NCBI RefSeq assembly: GCF_030144855.1
Contig: NC_082722.1
Location: 25,048,001 to 25,112,000 of the forward strand
Length of the DNA stretch: 64,000 nucleotides
Direction: 5' to 3'
From: Hypanus sabinus
Lineage: Eukaryota
The notes beneath the pieces are model-generated. The model was not told where the DNA came from, did not search any database, and saw only the letters and a program-made list of their open reading frames with translations. Positions 36,505 to 48,239 of the stretch are shown piece after piece (position 1 is the first letter of the stretch; every line of letters begins with the position of its first letter). Position numbers and translations under genes: made by a program.

Positions 36505-39500
36505 CACACATCAGGCCCAGCTGCCCTGTCTAGAGGGTAGTAATCTCCGGATTGCTGCCTGTGCCACGTGCCAGTGAGGGTAAGTGTAGGATGCTCTGGA
36601 GGATGAACACGTAGCTGAGGAATTGGTGTAGGGGGCAGGGTTTCAGATTTCAGGATCATTGGGACCGCTTCTGGGGCAGGTGGGACCTGCTCAAGAGAGA
36701 CAGGTTACACCTGAACTACAGTGGGACCAATATACTTGCAGGGAGGTTTGCTAGTGTTATTGGGGAGGGTTTAAACTAGATTTGCAGGGGGGTGGGAACC
36801 AGAGTGCCAGAGCAGATAGTGGAACGGGGTAAAAATAAATGATGTTAGAAGTTCATGCAAAGTCCTAAATAGTAAGGTTGTGTGTGGTGGTAATCATCTT
36901 CTGAGGTGTGTATATTTCAATGCAAGGAGTATTGTGGGAAAGGCAGATGAGCTGAGGGCCTGGATTAACACATGGAATTATGACATTGTAGCCATTACTG
37001 AAACTTGGCTACAGGAGGGGCAGGACTGGCAGCTCAATGTTCCAGGGTTCCAATGTTTCAGACGTGATAGAGGCAGAGGGATGAAGGGTGGGGGGAGGGT
37101 GGCTTTGCAAGTCAGGGAAATTATTACAGCAGTGCTTTGGCAGGACAGATTAGAGGGCTTGTCTACTGAGGCCAGATGGGTGGAGCTGAGAAACAGGAAA
37201 GGTATGACCACATTAATGGGGTTGTATTATAGACCACCCAATAGTCAGCGAGAATTGGAGGAGCAAATCTGCAGAGAGATAGCAGACAACTGCAGGAGAC
37301 AGAAGGTTGTGATTGTAGGGGATTTTAATTTTCCACACATTGATTGGGACTCCCATACTGTTAAAGGTCTAGATGGATTAGAGTTTGTGAAATGTGTTCA
37401 GGAAAGTTTTCTAAATCAATATATAGATGTACCAACTAGGGAGGATGCAATATTAGATCTCCTAATAGGAAATGAGTTAGGGCAGCTGACAGAAATGTGT
37501 GTAGGGGAACACTTTGGTTCTAGTGATCATAACGTCATTAGTTTCATTATCATGGATAAAGATAGATCTGGTCTTCGGGTTGAAGTTCTAAGCTGGAAAA
37601 AGGCCAAATTTGAAGAAATGAGAAAGGATCTAAAAAGTGTGGATTGGGACAGTTTGTTCTCTGGCAAGGATGTGATTGGTAAGTGGGTGGCCTTCAAAGG
37701 AGAAATTTTGAGAGTGCAGAGTTTGTATGTTCCTGTCAGGGTTAAAGGCAAAACGAATAAGGAACAAACACGAGGAAATCTGCAGATGCTGGAAATTCAA
37801 ACAACACACACAAAATGCTGGTGGAACACAGCAGGCCAGGCAGCATCTATAAGGAGAAGCACTGCCGACATTTCGGGCTGGGACCCTTCGTCAGGACCCT
37901 TGGTTCTTGAGGGATATTGGAACTCTGATAAAGAAGAAGAGAGATATGTATAACATGTATAGGCAACAGGGAGGAAATAAGATGCTTGAGGAGTATAAAA
38001 AGAGTAAGAAAATACTTAAGAAAGAAATCAGGAGGGCTAAAAGAAGACGAGGTTGCTTTGGCAGTCAGGGTGAAGGATAATCCTAAGAGCTTCTACAGGT
38101 ATGTTAAGAGCAAAAGGATAGTAAGGGATAAAATTGGTCCTCTTGAAGATCAGAGTGGTTGGCTATGTATGGAACCAAAAGAAATGGGAGAGATATTAAA
38201 TGGGTTTTTTGCATCTGTATTTACTAAGGAAACTGGAATGGAGTCTATGGAAACAAGGCAAACAAGTAGGGAGGTCACGGAACTTATACAGATTAAAGAG
38301 GAGGAGGTGCTTGCTGTCTTGAGGCAAATCAGAGTAGATAAATCCCCAGGACCTGACAGCGTATTCCCTCGGACCTTGAGGGAGACTAGTGTTGAAATTG
38401 CAGGGGCCCTGGCAGATATATTTAAAATGTCGATATCCATGGGTCAGGTGCCGGAGGATTGGAGGATAGCTCATGTAATTCCGTTGTTTAAAAAAGGCTC
38501 AAAAAGTGAACCAGGAAATTATAGGCCAGCAAGTTTGACGTCGGTAGTAGGTAAATTATTGGAAGGAATACTAAGAGATAGGATCTACAAGTATTTGGAT
38601 AGACAGGGGCTTATTAGAAAGAGTCAGCATGGCTTTGTGCATGGTAGGTCATGTTTAACCAGTCGATTAGAGTTTTTCGAGGAAGTTACCGGGAAAGTGG
38701 ATGAAGAGAAGGCAGTGGATGTTGTATACATGGACTTCAGTAAGGCCTTTGACAAGGTCCCGCATGGGAGGTTAGTTAGGAAGATTCAGTTGCTAGGTAT
38801 ACATGGAGAGGTAGTAAATTGGATTAGACATTGGCTCAATGGAAGAAGCCAGAGAGTGGTAGTGGAGGATTGCTTCTCTGAGTGGAGGCCTGTGACTAGT
38901 GGTGTGCCACAGGGATCAGTGCTGGGTCTATTGTTATTTGTCATCTATATCAATGATCTGGATGATAATGTGGCAAATTGGATCAACAAATTTGCTGATG
39001 ATACAAAAATTGGAGGTGTAGTGGACAGTGAGGAAGGTTTTCAAAGCTTGCAGAGGGATTTGGACCAGTTGGAGGAATGGGCTGAAAAATGGCAGATGGA
39101 GTTTAATCCAAACAAGTGTGAGGTATTGCACTTCGGAGGGTCAAACCAAGGTAGAACATATAAAGGAAATGGTAGGACACTGAGGAGTGCAGTAGAACAG
39201 AGGGATCTGGGAGTACAGATACATAATTCCCTAAAAGTGGTGTCACAAGTAGATAGGGTTGTAAAGAGAGCTTTTGGTACATTGGGCTTTATAAATCAAA
39301 GTATTGAGTAGAAGAGTTGGAATGTAATGGTGAGGCTGTGTAAGACATTGGTGAGACGGAATTTGGAGTACTGTGTGCAGTTTTGGTCACCTAATTACAG
39401 GAAGGATGTTAATAAGGTTGAAAGAGTGCAGAGAAGGTTTACAAGGATGTTGCCAGGACTTTGAGAAACTGAGTTACAGAGCAAGGTTGAATAGGTTAGG

Positions 39501-39906
39501 ACTTTATTCCCTGGAGCGTAGGAGAATGAGGGGTGATTTGATAGAGGTGTATAAAATTATGATGGGTATAGATAGAGTGAATGCAAACAGGCTTTTTCCA
39601 CTGAGGCCAGGGGAGAAAAAACCCAGAGGACATGAGTTAAGGGTGAAGGGGGAAAAGTTTAAAGGGAACACTGGGGGGGGGGGGGGGGGCTTCTTCACAC
39701 AGAGAGTGGTGGGAGTGTGGAATGACCTGCCAGATGAAGTGGTGAATGCTTTTGACATTTAAGAAAAACTTGGACAGGTATATGGATGAGAGAGGTTTAG
39801 AGGGATATGGCCCAGCGCAGGTCAGTGGGACTAGGCAGAAAAATGGTTTGGCACAGCCAAGAAGGGCCGAAAGGCCTGTTTCTGTGCTGTAATGTTCTGT
39901 GGTTCT
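36505..39906 (+). mobile_element. Young 5'-truncated CR1 LINE (end of ORF1, APE endonuclease, RT)
   Basis: ORF 36880-37953 (YFNARSI, ITETWL, GDFN, SDHN) and ORF 37986-39311 (YMDFSKAFDKV, SGVPQGSVLG, KFADDTK); tail tgttctgtggttct; 5-bp TSD AAGGC (36500-36504, 39907-39911). Confidence 0.95.
37765..37897 (-). mobile_element. Penelope pLTR-derived short repeat with hammerhead motif, inserted in CR1 ORF2
   Basis: 133-bp aaacacgaggaaatctgcagatgctgg...cttcgtcaggac insertion that frameshifts ORF2; minus strand CTGACGA..GAAA TG TC. Confidence 0.85.
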
Positions 39907-40639
39907 AAGGCGTTTCGCCACTCATCCGAGAGGCTTCTTAAGTACTGACGCCACATCTCCACAATAGTTCACATCTCCATTCAAGCAAAGATAAGACTAA
40001 TGACCCTCTGTGAACCTTAAACGACCCTCAGACAATTCAGAGCTTACAATCCGGAAAAACTACCCACCGTAGATCGGAACTAACCTCTGGGATGAGTGGC
40101 GAAACGCCTTCGAATCCAGACGACACAGCAAGCCCAGTTGCCCTAATTTACCACTGCTTGATAGGCCAAGGTTTAAGTATTACCTCTCACGCAAATGTGT
40201 AAGACCTTTTTCTGGTTACACATAACGTGAGGTGACGAGAGATGCACTGTATCCTAATTCGTGGCTGTTCACTGTTTTGTGTCCTGATTTACTACCACAC
40301 AGCTGTTAGAAGACTGATCAAATTGTGTCTAAACATAGAATAGTACAACACAGGATCACGCCCTTTTGGCCCACAATGTTGTGCTCAACGATTTAAGCAA
40401 ATGACGCCAAATTAAATTAATCCTTTCTGTCTGCACGTGCTCCATACCCTTCATGTACTGATCTAAGAGCCTCATGAATGTCTTTGCCTCCACTCCCATC
40501 CCTGCATTCCAGGCACACATCACTCTCTGGGTAAATTAAAATCCTGCCACGCACAGCTCCTTTGAACTTGGCCCCATCTCACCTTAAATGGCTCTCTACT
40601 TCTTTTACTTGACTGTCCACTCCATCCATTTAATTCCTT

Positions 40640-42365
40640 GAGGAAATAACAGACAGGATAGGCAAAGTGCCTAGGAGTCAGTAGATGCTGTTAACTTGGA
40701 TTTTCAGTGGAAGACACTAGCAGTAGGCCAAAACTTTGAGTGTCAGTGGGGTAGAAGTGAGTGTTGTTGATATTCCTGAGGAGAAGGTGCTTGGGAAGCT
40801 GAAAGGTTTGAAGGCAGATAAGTCACCTTGGACCAGATGGACCACACCTCTGGGTTCTGACAGAGGTAGCTGATAAGATGGTGCAGATATTAGTAATGAT
40901 CTTTGAAGAATCACTAGATTCTAGAATGGCTCCAGATGATTGGAAAATTGCAAATGTCACTCCACTCGTTAAGAGGGAGGGAGGCAGAAGAAATTAATTT
41001 ATAGGCCAGTTAACCTGGCTTTAGAGGTTGGAAGTATGTTGGAGTCCATTATTAAAGATGAGGTTTTGGGTTACTAGGGCACATGATAAAATAAGCCATC
41101 CATAGTCAACATTTTTTTTCCTTAAAGGGAAATATTGCTTTACACATCTGCTAAAATTCTTTGAGGAAATTACAGGCAGGATAGACAAAAGAGAGTCAGT
41201 GGGTGTTGTTTACTTGGATTTTCAGAAGGCCTTTGACTAGGTGCCACACATGAGGCTGCTAAAGACAATACGAACCCATGGTATTACAGGAGAGGTACTG
41301 GCATGGTTAGAAGTTTGGTTGACTGGCAGGAGACAGAGTGGAAATAAGGGGGCCTACTCGGGTTGGCTGCCGGTGGCTAGTGGTGTTCTGCAGGGGTTGG
41401 TATTGGGACCACTTCTTTTCACATTATATGTCAGTGATTTAGATGATGGAATAAAGACTGTGACCAAGTTTGTGATAGGTGGAGGGAAGCAGGGAATCTA
41501 CAGAAGGGCAGATTGGAAGAATGAGCAAAGAATTGCATATGAATTGTATTGCGGGGAAATGTATGATCATGCACTTTAGTAGAAGGAACAAAGGTGTAGA
41601 CTATTTTCTAAACAGAGAAAATACAAAATTCTGAAGTGCAAAGGGACTTTAGAGTCCTTGCTCAGGATTCCCTAATGCAGTTTGAGTTAGTGGTAATGAA
41701 GGCAAGTGGAACGTTAGCATTCATTTTGGGAGGACGGGAATAAAAGAGCAAGGTTGTGATTCTGAGGCTCTATAAGGCTTTGGTTCAACCGGGCTTGGAG
41801 TATTATGAGCAGTTTTGGGCCTCGTAACTAAGAAAAGACGTGCTGGCATTGGAGTGGGTCCAGAGGAGATTTACAAGAATTATCCCAGGAATGAAAGGAT
41901 TTGCATGTGATGGCCATTTGAGTGCTCTGGGCCTGTACTCATTGGAGTTTAGAAGAATGAGGAGCATCTCACTGAAACTTCAAATATTGAAAGGCCTAGT
42001 TAGAGTGGATTTGGAGAGAATGTTTCCTGTGGTGGGGAGTCTAGAACCAGAAGGCATAGACTCAGAATAGAGTGATGTTGATTTAGAACAGAGGTGAGAA
42101 GGAATTTCCTTAGCCAGATGATGGTGAATCTGTGGAATTCATTTCACCAGAAGGCTGTGGGCGTGGTCATTGAGTATATTTAAAGTAAGGTTGATAGGTT
42201 CTTGGTTCATCAGAACACCACCTCCCTGGGAGGCACCAGTGCTCAGTGTGATGGAGCTTGAGAAGGCAGGAGAATAAGTTTGAGAGAGTTCATAAATCAG
42301 CCATGATTTATTTGGAGCAGACTTGATGGGCCAAGTAACTTAATTCTGTTCCTATGTCTTAATGT
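40640..42365 (+). mobile_element. Degenerate CR1 LINE 3' half
   Basis: ORF 41241-41579 SGVLQGLVLGPLLFTLYVSDLD and ORF 41840-42070 EWVQRRFTRIIPG. Confidence 0.88.
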
Positions 42366-42519
42366 CTTTTTCTGTCAATGTCTCTCATCATTATAGAAAC
42401 TTCTAGCATGTCTCCTCTTAGTCCCTGTCACTGAAGAGAAAACAACCCTCCTCCTCCTCCCCTTTTCCTCGGGTCCACTCTTCTCTCACCTCCCTCTGAT
42501 GCCCCCTTCTTCTCAAATT

Positions 42520-45350
42520 GAAGTTCAAGCTGAAGTTTATTGGCATCTGACTGTATAATGCAATCAACTGAACAACATAAAGCTGCACTACAGTACACCA
42601 ACACAGCCCAAAAAACTAAAATGTTGTACTATAAGTAAGTTAATAAAATATAATTCAAAATGCACGTAGCAAAGTGCAGCACAATTAAACAGTAAACAGC
42701 TCGCTGTCCTAGTGATGAGACCTTGGTTGGGCAGGACATTCATTAGTCTCAGCCCTTGGGCTTTTTACCTGCGTTGCTCCCAATAAATGTCACAAATAGG
42801 GGTGAGGTAGACCCCAATGATCCTCTGGGCAGTTTTTACTGTCCTCTGTAGGGTTTTGCAGTCCAATGCCCTACAGCTTCCATAACACACAATGATGCGG
42901 CCAGACTGGACACTCTGGATGGTGCTCCTGTAGAAAGTTGTTAGAATGGGGTTGAGGAGACTTGCATACCTCAGTCTCCTCAGAAAGTGTAGATGCTGCT
43001 GTGCTGCCTTGATTAGTGAGGAGGTGTTATGGGTCCAGGTTAGATTGTCCGTTATGTGCACACGAAGGAACTTTGTGCTCTTTACTCTCTCCATGACAGA
43101 GCCATTGAGGTGCAATGGAGAGTGGTTGACCTGTGCCTTCCTGAAGACCACAATCATCTCTTTGGCTTGTCCACGTTGAGACTCAGGTTGTTCTCACACC
43201 ATTTGACGAACCTCTCTGCCGCCCATATACCATCTCATCGTCGTTGCTGATGAGGCCAGCCGCTGTAGTATCAAGTCAAGTCACTTTTATTGTCATTTCG
43301 ACCATAACTGCTGGTACAGTGCATAGTAAAAATGAGACAACGTTTTTCAGGACCATGGTGTTACATGAAACAGTACAAAAACTAGACTCAACTACGTAAA
43401 CAAAAACAACACAGAGAAAGCTACACTAGAGTATGGACCTACACAGGACTGCATAAAGTGCATGAAAACAGTGCAGACATTACAATAAATAATAAACAGG
43501 ACAATTGGGCAAGGTTTCAGTCCAGGCTTCGGGTGTTGAGGAGCCTGATAGCTTGGGGGAAGAAACTGTTACATGGTCTGGTTGTGAGAGCCCGAATGCT
43601 TCGGAGCTTTTTCCCAGACGGCAGGAAGGAGAAGAGATTGTATGAGGGGTGCATGGGGTCCTTCATAATGCTGTTTCCTTTGCGGTTGCAGCGTGTAGTG
43701 TAAATGTCTGTAATGGCGGGAAGAGAGACCCCGATGATCTTCTCGGCTGACCTCACTATCCGCTGCAGGGTCTAGCAATCCATCAGTGAACTTGATGATG
43801 TGGTTTGAGTTGGATCTGGCAGTGCAGGAGTGAGTCAGCAGTGTGAACAGCCGCGGGCTGAACACGCAACCCTGGGGCAAAATAGTAGTTGGCGTGATGG
43901 AGCTTGAGATGTTGCTGCAAACTCTGCCTGAGGTCTTTCCAAGAAGAAGTCCAGGATCCAGTTACAGAGAAGGAAGCAAATAAGGACAGTTTAGCCTCCA
44001 ATTGTGTTAAACGGCGAGCTGAAGTTGATGCGTATGAAGCAACTTTTTCTCGGTGGGATAGGATGCAGTGGAGGGCCAGGGCTATGGCAGCAGTGGAGCG
44101 AAGTGAATGGCAGGCCAACTGGAAAGGGCCCAATGTAGCTGAAGTTGGGATTTTATACAATCCACTACAGCTGCTCAAAGCACGGCATAATTGTTGAAGT
44201 CCATGCCACTGTCCCTCAATACCTCGCCAGGTATGTTGTCCGGCCCTGCAGCTTTGTGTGGGTTTACGTGGGCTAGGGTCCTCCTCACCCTCCTCACCTC
44301 TGCAGTGGTTATTCAGGGTGCCTGTTCCTCAGGAAAAGGGGGTGCTTTCCTCAATGTCCCATTTAGGGAGGCGTTGCTGTCATTGACAAGCCGGGTGGGC
44401 TTTTAATCAGTTATGGTTTGTATATCTTGTCACATGTGCCACGTATTCCTGGTGTCATAAAGTTGTCTGCCGGTTTTCTTTGGAAAGTGTGGCTCTTGCT
44501 GACAGAGCCGTCCAGCCCCCTGATCGGAAGGCAGCGTCCTTGTTCCTGAGCAGTGCACAAACCTCTGCAGTCAGCCAGGGTCTCAGGTTTACTCTGACCG
44601 TGTAGTGTTTAATCACAGTAACGTGCTCGATGCACTTTCCCATGTAGCCAGTCACCCATCCCACATATTCATCAGTTGACGTCATGATCTTAGGTAGCCA
44701 CCTCCTAGAAAATGCTTCAGTCTGTGCTTTTGAAACAGTCCTGCAGTGCCAAGGTGGCATCTCCTGGCCACGTCCTGATCTCCCTGAGAACTGGTTTGAC
44801 AACTGTTTACTACCATTAGTCCCGAGGCATTCGAACACCAGTGCCTATTGATGTAGACACACAGACCTCCTCCACAGGCTGCGCTGGAGGTCGCAGCATT
44901 TCTGTCCGCCCGAAAAGAAATTAGGCCTTCTAGCTGGATGGCCGAGTCTGGAATGGAGTCTTGAAGCCATGTTTCTGTCAGGAGTCATGCGCAACAGGCC
45001 CTCATTGCCTGCTGGTTCAGACGCGACGCGGGTAATCCAGTTCATTTTCCAGCTGTTACAAGTTAGCGAGTAGAATTGATGGGAACACGGCCCTGCAGGA
45101 AACTGCTTTAAGTCTTGCATTAATTCCGGCGTGCTTATCATGCTTCCGAATTTGAGCACACCACTTCCCTAAATTGCTATAGTAGACCGCGGACTGAGAG
45201 CCTGCTCTCCATGTTAGGTCATAACTGTTAGCACCTATGTTATTGCGCTTGCTACTGAGGTAGACTTGCAGATTTTCGTGTTCTTAATGTTGAGCAGTGT
45301 TTTTCAGTCATCAACACGACAAGAAATTTGATTGGAGCCAGAGTGGCTTT
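42520..45350 (-). mobile_element. Near full-length degenerate Rex1/Babar LINE
   Basis: APE remnant (LTETWLQDSIPDSAIQLEG near 44930-44985), RT PQGCVFSPRLFTLLTH..IIKFTD, and C-terminal ORF 42765-43157. Confidence 0.88.
43271..43772 (-). mobile_element. Younger Rex1/Babar 3' fragment nested in the older Rex copy
   Basis: (TTGAC)n tail at 43271; ORF 43517-43756 RSAEKIIGVSLPAITDIY..DPMHPSYNLFSFLPSGK. Confidence 0.8.
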
Positions 45351-45399
45351 TGTGTCCATGTGCGTTGCCATCTTGTGACCTTGTGCCCTTTATCAGATC

Positions 45400-45900
45400 A
45401 AGAGAAAATCTGCAGATGCTGGAAATCCGAGCAACACACACAAAATACTGCAGGAACTCAGCAGGCCGGGCAGCATCTATGGAAAAAGGTGAACAGTTGA
45501 CGTTGTGGGCCAAGACTCTTCATCAGGCGTCTTGACCCAAAACATCGTCCGCCTACTCGTTTCCATAGATGCTGCCTGGCCTGCTGAGTTCCTCCAGCAT
45601 CTTGTGTGTGTTGCCCTTCATCTGATCCCTTTTTCAGCCCTTTACCTTTTACACCTATTGCCTCCAAGCTTCTTTCTTCATCCCCTGCTTCCCCCACCCA
45701 CCTACCTGACCCCTCACCTAGCTTCACCTATTACTTACGAGCCTGAATTCCTCCTTCTTCTCCCTCCCCACCCTTCCACCTCCTTATTCTAGCTTCTTCT
45801 CCATTCCTTTCCAGGACTGATGGAGGATCTTGGCCTGAAGCACTGACTGTTCATAGATGCTGCCTGATCTGCTGAGTCCTCCAGCATTCTGTGTGCGTTA
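45400..45900. mobile_element. Cluster of Penelope pLTR-derived repeats, including an inverted pair
   Basis: gaactcagcaggccgggcagcatctatgga and its reverse complement tccatagatgctgcctggcctgctgagttc. Confidence 0.85.
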
Positions 45901-46105
45901 CGCAAGTTTGCCCAACCTCACTAGTCATATGTGCTCTCTAATCTAGGTAGCATCCTCGTAAACCTCCTCTGCACCCTCTCTAAAACATCCACATTCTCTT
46001 TGTTTGTAACCTTAGATAGTTATTTAATTGCATTGTATATTATGTCTTGTTCAATATACATTTGAAATAGAGCACTTTTTATGTTAACAACTGCACATTT
46101 TTCAG

Positions 46106-46216
46106 ATATCATCGTGATAGTGGGTGACCTGACTGACTCCCAGGTAGTCAACCTCAGAACTGCCACAGAGCCTCTCAGACAGCTGAAGCCAAAATTGGGG
46201 ACGTACTTTGTTACAG
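46106..46216 (+). CDS. TMPPE: TMPPE coding exon 2
   Basis: ttttcag| ... acag|gtaaca; (D)[36 protein letters not shown](G); GDxxD motif. Confidence 0.95.
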
Positions 46217-46829
46217 GTAACAGTTGTCTTTATTTGATTAGTAGCGTCAATGCCAGCCGTTGTAAGTGAGAGAGAGAGAAATAAATCCTTGGGAATGTAG
46301 AAATTAGACCTGTAGGTTATTATCTTCAAAGCCCCAGCATGCAAAAGTTCAAGTTGCCAAATCAGACAGTCCAGGAAGGTAGAATGACCTGTAAAGGTGC
46401 CAGCCATCTGAGATAGCAGCTCATTGTGTGGAAGTTACAGCTTCAACTGTAGATCTTTTGTGGAAATGCCTCATGCAGGTTGCTTTGATGGAAGAAAGTA
46501 ACAAGCACTTACAGGGCAGGGAGCATTCGCCTGAGAAAATAAGCATAATAAAACTTCACACTTATCTGTGTCTCCACAGTAGTTTTGTCTGGGCTTCGTG
46601 GTAAGTGACCATAAAATCACCTTGTGAGCTTGAAAGGCTTGCCTTGTCTCTCGGTGCACGTCAACTGGCACTGATCTTCAGTGGCTTGTTATCAACGGCC
46701 ATGTAATTTCCTCCAGACACCGTTCTAACCTCACCAAGAAATGCAAGTCACTTATCTAAAATCTTTACTGATTACCCTGAAATGGTTAAAAGGTTGTGAA
46801 ATTAATGTTCAGAAAGGACCTGTTCTCAG

Positions 46830-47290
46830 AGTAACCACAAAAGGACATTTACAAGGGGTTAAACTAGCAATTTATAAAATCTGATCAGATTTTGCCTGCC
46901 TTCCCGTACATTGGTCCCTTACCAGAGTGCATATCGCTGGAATCAGTCCACTGATGATGCAGTAGCCTCTGCCCTCTACTCATTCCTGTCCACCTGGAGG
47001 ATAGGAATGCCAACACAGGCAGAGGGAAGTGTTCAGACCCAAGGACAGTTTACCCACCAGCTTCTGAGGAATGATTTTATTGAAAACTGAACTGAAGTTG
47101 ATTAACAGGAGTCCCCATTCTCCAGGTGGACAAGGAATGAGTAGAGGGCAGAGGCTATCGCATCATCAGTGAACCGATTCCAGAGAACTGCAATCTGGCA
47201 GGGGTCCAATGTAGTGAGAAGACCCGCAAAGTCATATCAGTTTTTGTAAATTGCTAATTTAACCGCTTGTCAAGTCTTCTCTGTGGATTC
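46830..47290. repeat. Long inverted repeat (about 180-bp arms, about 96-nt spacer) derived from Rex/Babar RT sequence
   Basis: 46830-47011 pairs with the reverse complement of 47108-47290; near-perfect core ctgatgatgc..tagcctctgccctctactcattcc(t)gtccacctggag. Confidence 0.9.
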
Positions 47291-48239
47291 CTTACAATAA
47301 CAGAGTGCTTACAGAGAGCTGGGAAGGGAAGTTCTGTATTTCATCAACCTGACATAAAATTTCCTGTAGCAGCTACTTGCAGACAGGCTAAAAGCTGCTG
47401 AGAGGCTAAGTGAGGGATTATCACTCTTCCAACTTGACATAATTCCAGGTTGAAAAAGTACGATTAATCCTTTATTACAAACCAGCTATAAAACTATTCG
47501 GTTCTTCTTTAATTCATGTAAAACAAAGACGAGCAAGAAGAGCGTAATTGTATCAAATTAAAACAAGGAGAGCAGTCAAGGACAAGTGTAATTGGATCAA
47601 ATTCAAATAAAGACGAGCGGTCAGTAGGCGGTCCTTACTCTCCCCTCTCTATGCCGCCAGGCAGGTGAACGGGTGACTATATTCATTTATTTCTACCACC
47701 ACCCAAATCCAGTGACGAATTACCTCAACCCAGAGTGAATACAGACTAGAAAGAGATACCAGAAGCACTTTGCCATTTGAAACTGAGTGGAAATGGTCCT
47801 TGCTTTGCCTGTCTGAGCTGTTATTGAAAGAGCAACGAAGGAGGTTGTTATGCAATGCCCTGCATGTGTCAATTAAACATTTGCTTCTAAGCCAAAAGCA
47901 AAACACTGCTGATACCGGGAATTGACAAACTAGAATGGTGAAAGTACTTAGCAGTTCAGGCAGCTGTTCCAGCCACTCGTGTGTACCTCCACATCTGGGT
48001 GATAGTGCATTGCCTCACAAACTAGCAGGGCCTGGCTGCAGCTATGTTTGCCATCACATTAAATATTTACTCCTGTAGATGCTCGTTGTGATGGTTGAAC
48101 ACTGCACAAGGTAATCTCCTTCACACTCTATATGTTAAATGAGCTAATATCCGTAACACAGGGGTTATACTATACATGTCTTGATGCAGACTGAGCAGTA
48201 ATCATGGGAATCTTTGTGTAATAAACAATGCACGGGGCT

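Larger units (their letters stand above)
36425..40165. mobile_element. Palindromic Penelope-derived (inverted pLTR) element split by a CR1 insertion (pieces about 36425-36504 and 39907-40165)
   Basis: Rejoined left arm gtggtaaatcaaggcagccgggcctgctgtgttgtctagaaggcgtttcgccactcatccgagagg is the near reverse complement of 40084-40155. Confidence 0.75.

Noticed and set aside
36880-39311. Longest ORFs (357 and 441 aa) as host genes
   Set aside because: They are CR1 ORF2 endonuclease and RT pieces with a frameshift, a TSD and a CR1 tail; no sign of domestication.
39673-39689. Poly-G run
   Set aside because: Homopolymer expansion inside the CR1 3' region; length may also be an assembly artefact.
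46950-47100. TGATGA and CTGA motifs as a C/D box snoRNA
   Set aside because: TGATGA derives from the Rex TDD codons, and there is no terminal stem or recognisable guide.
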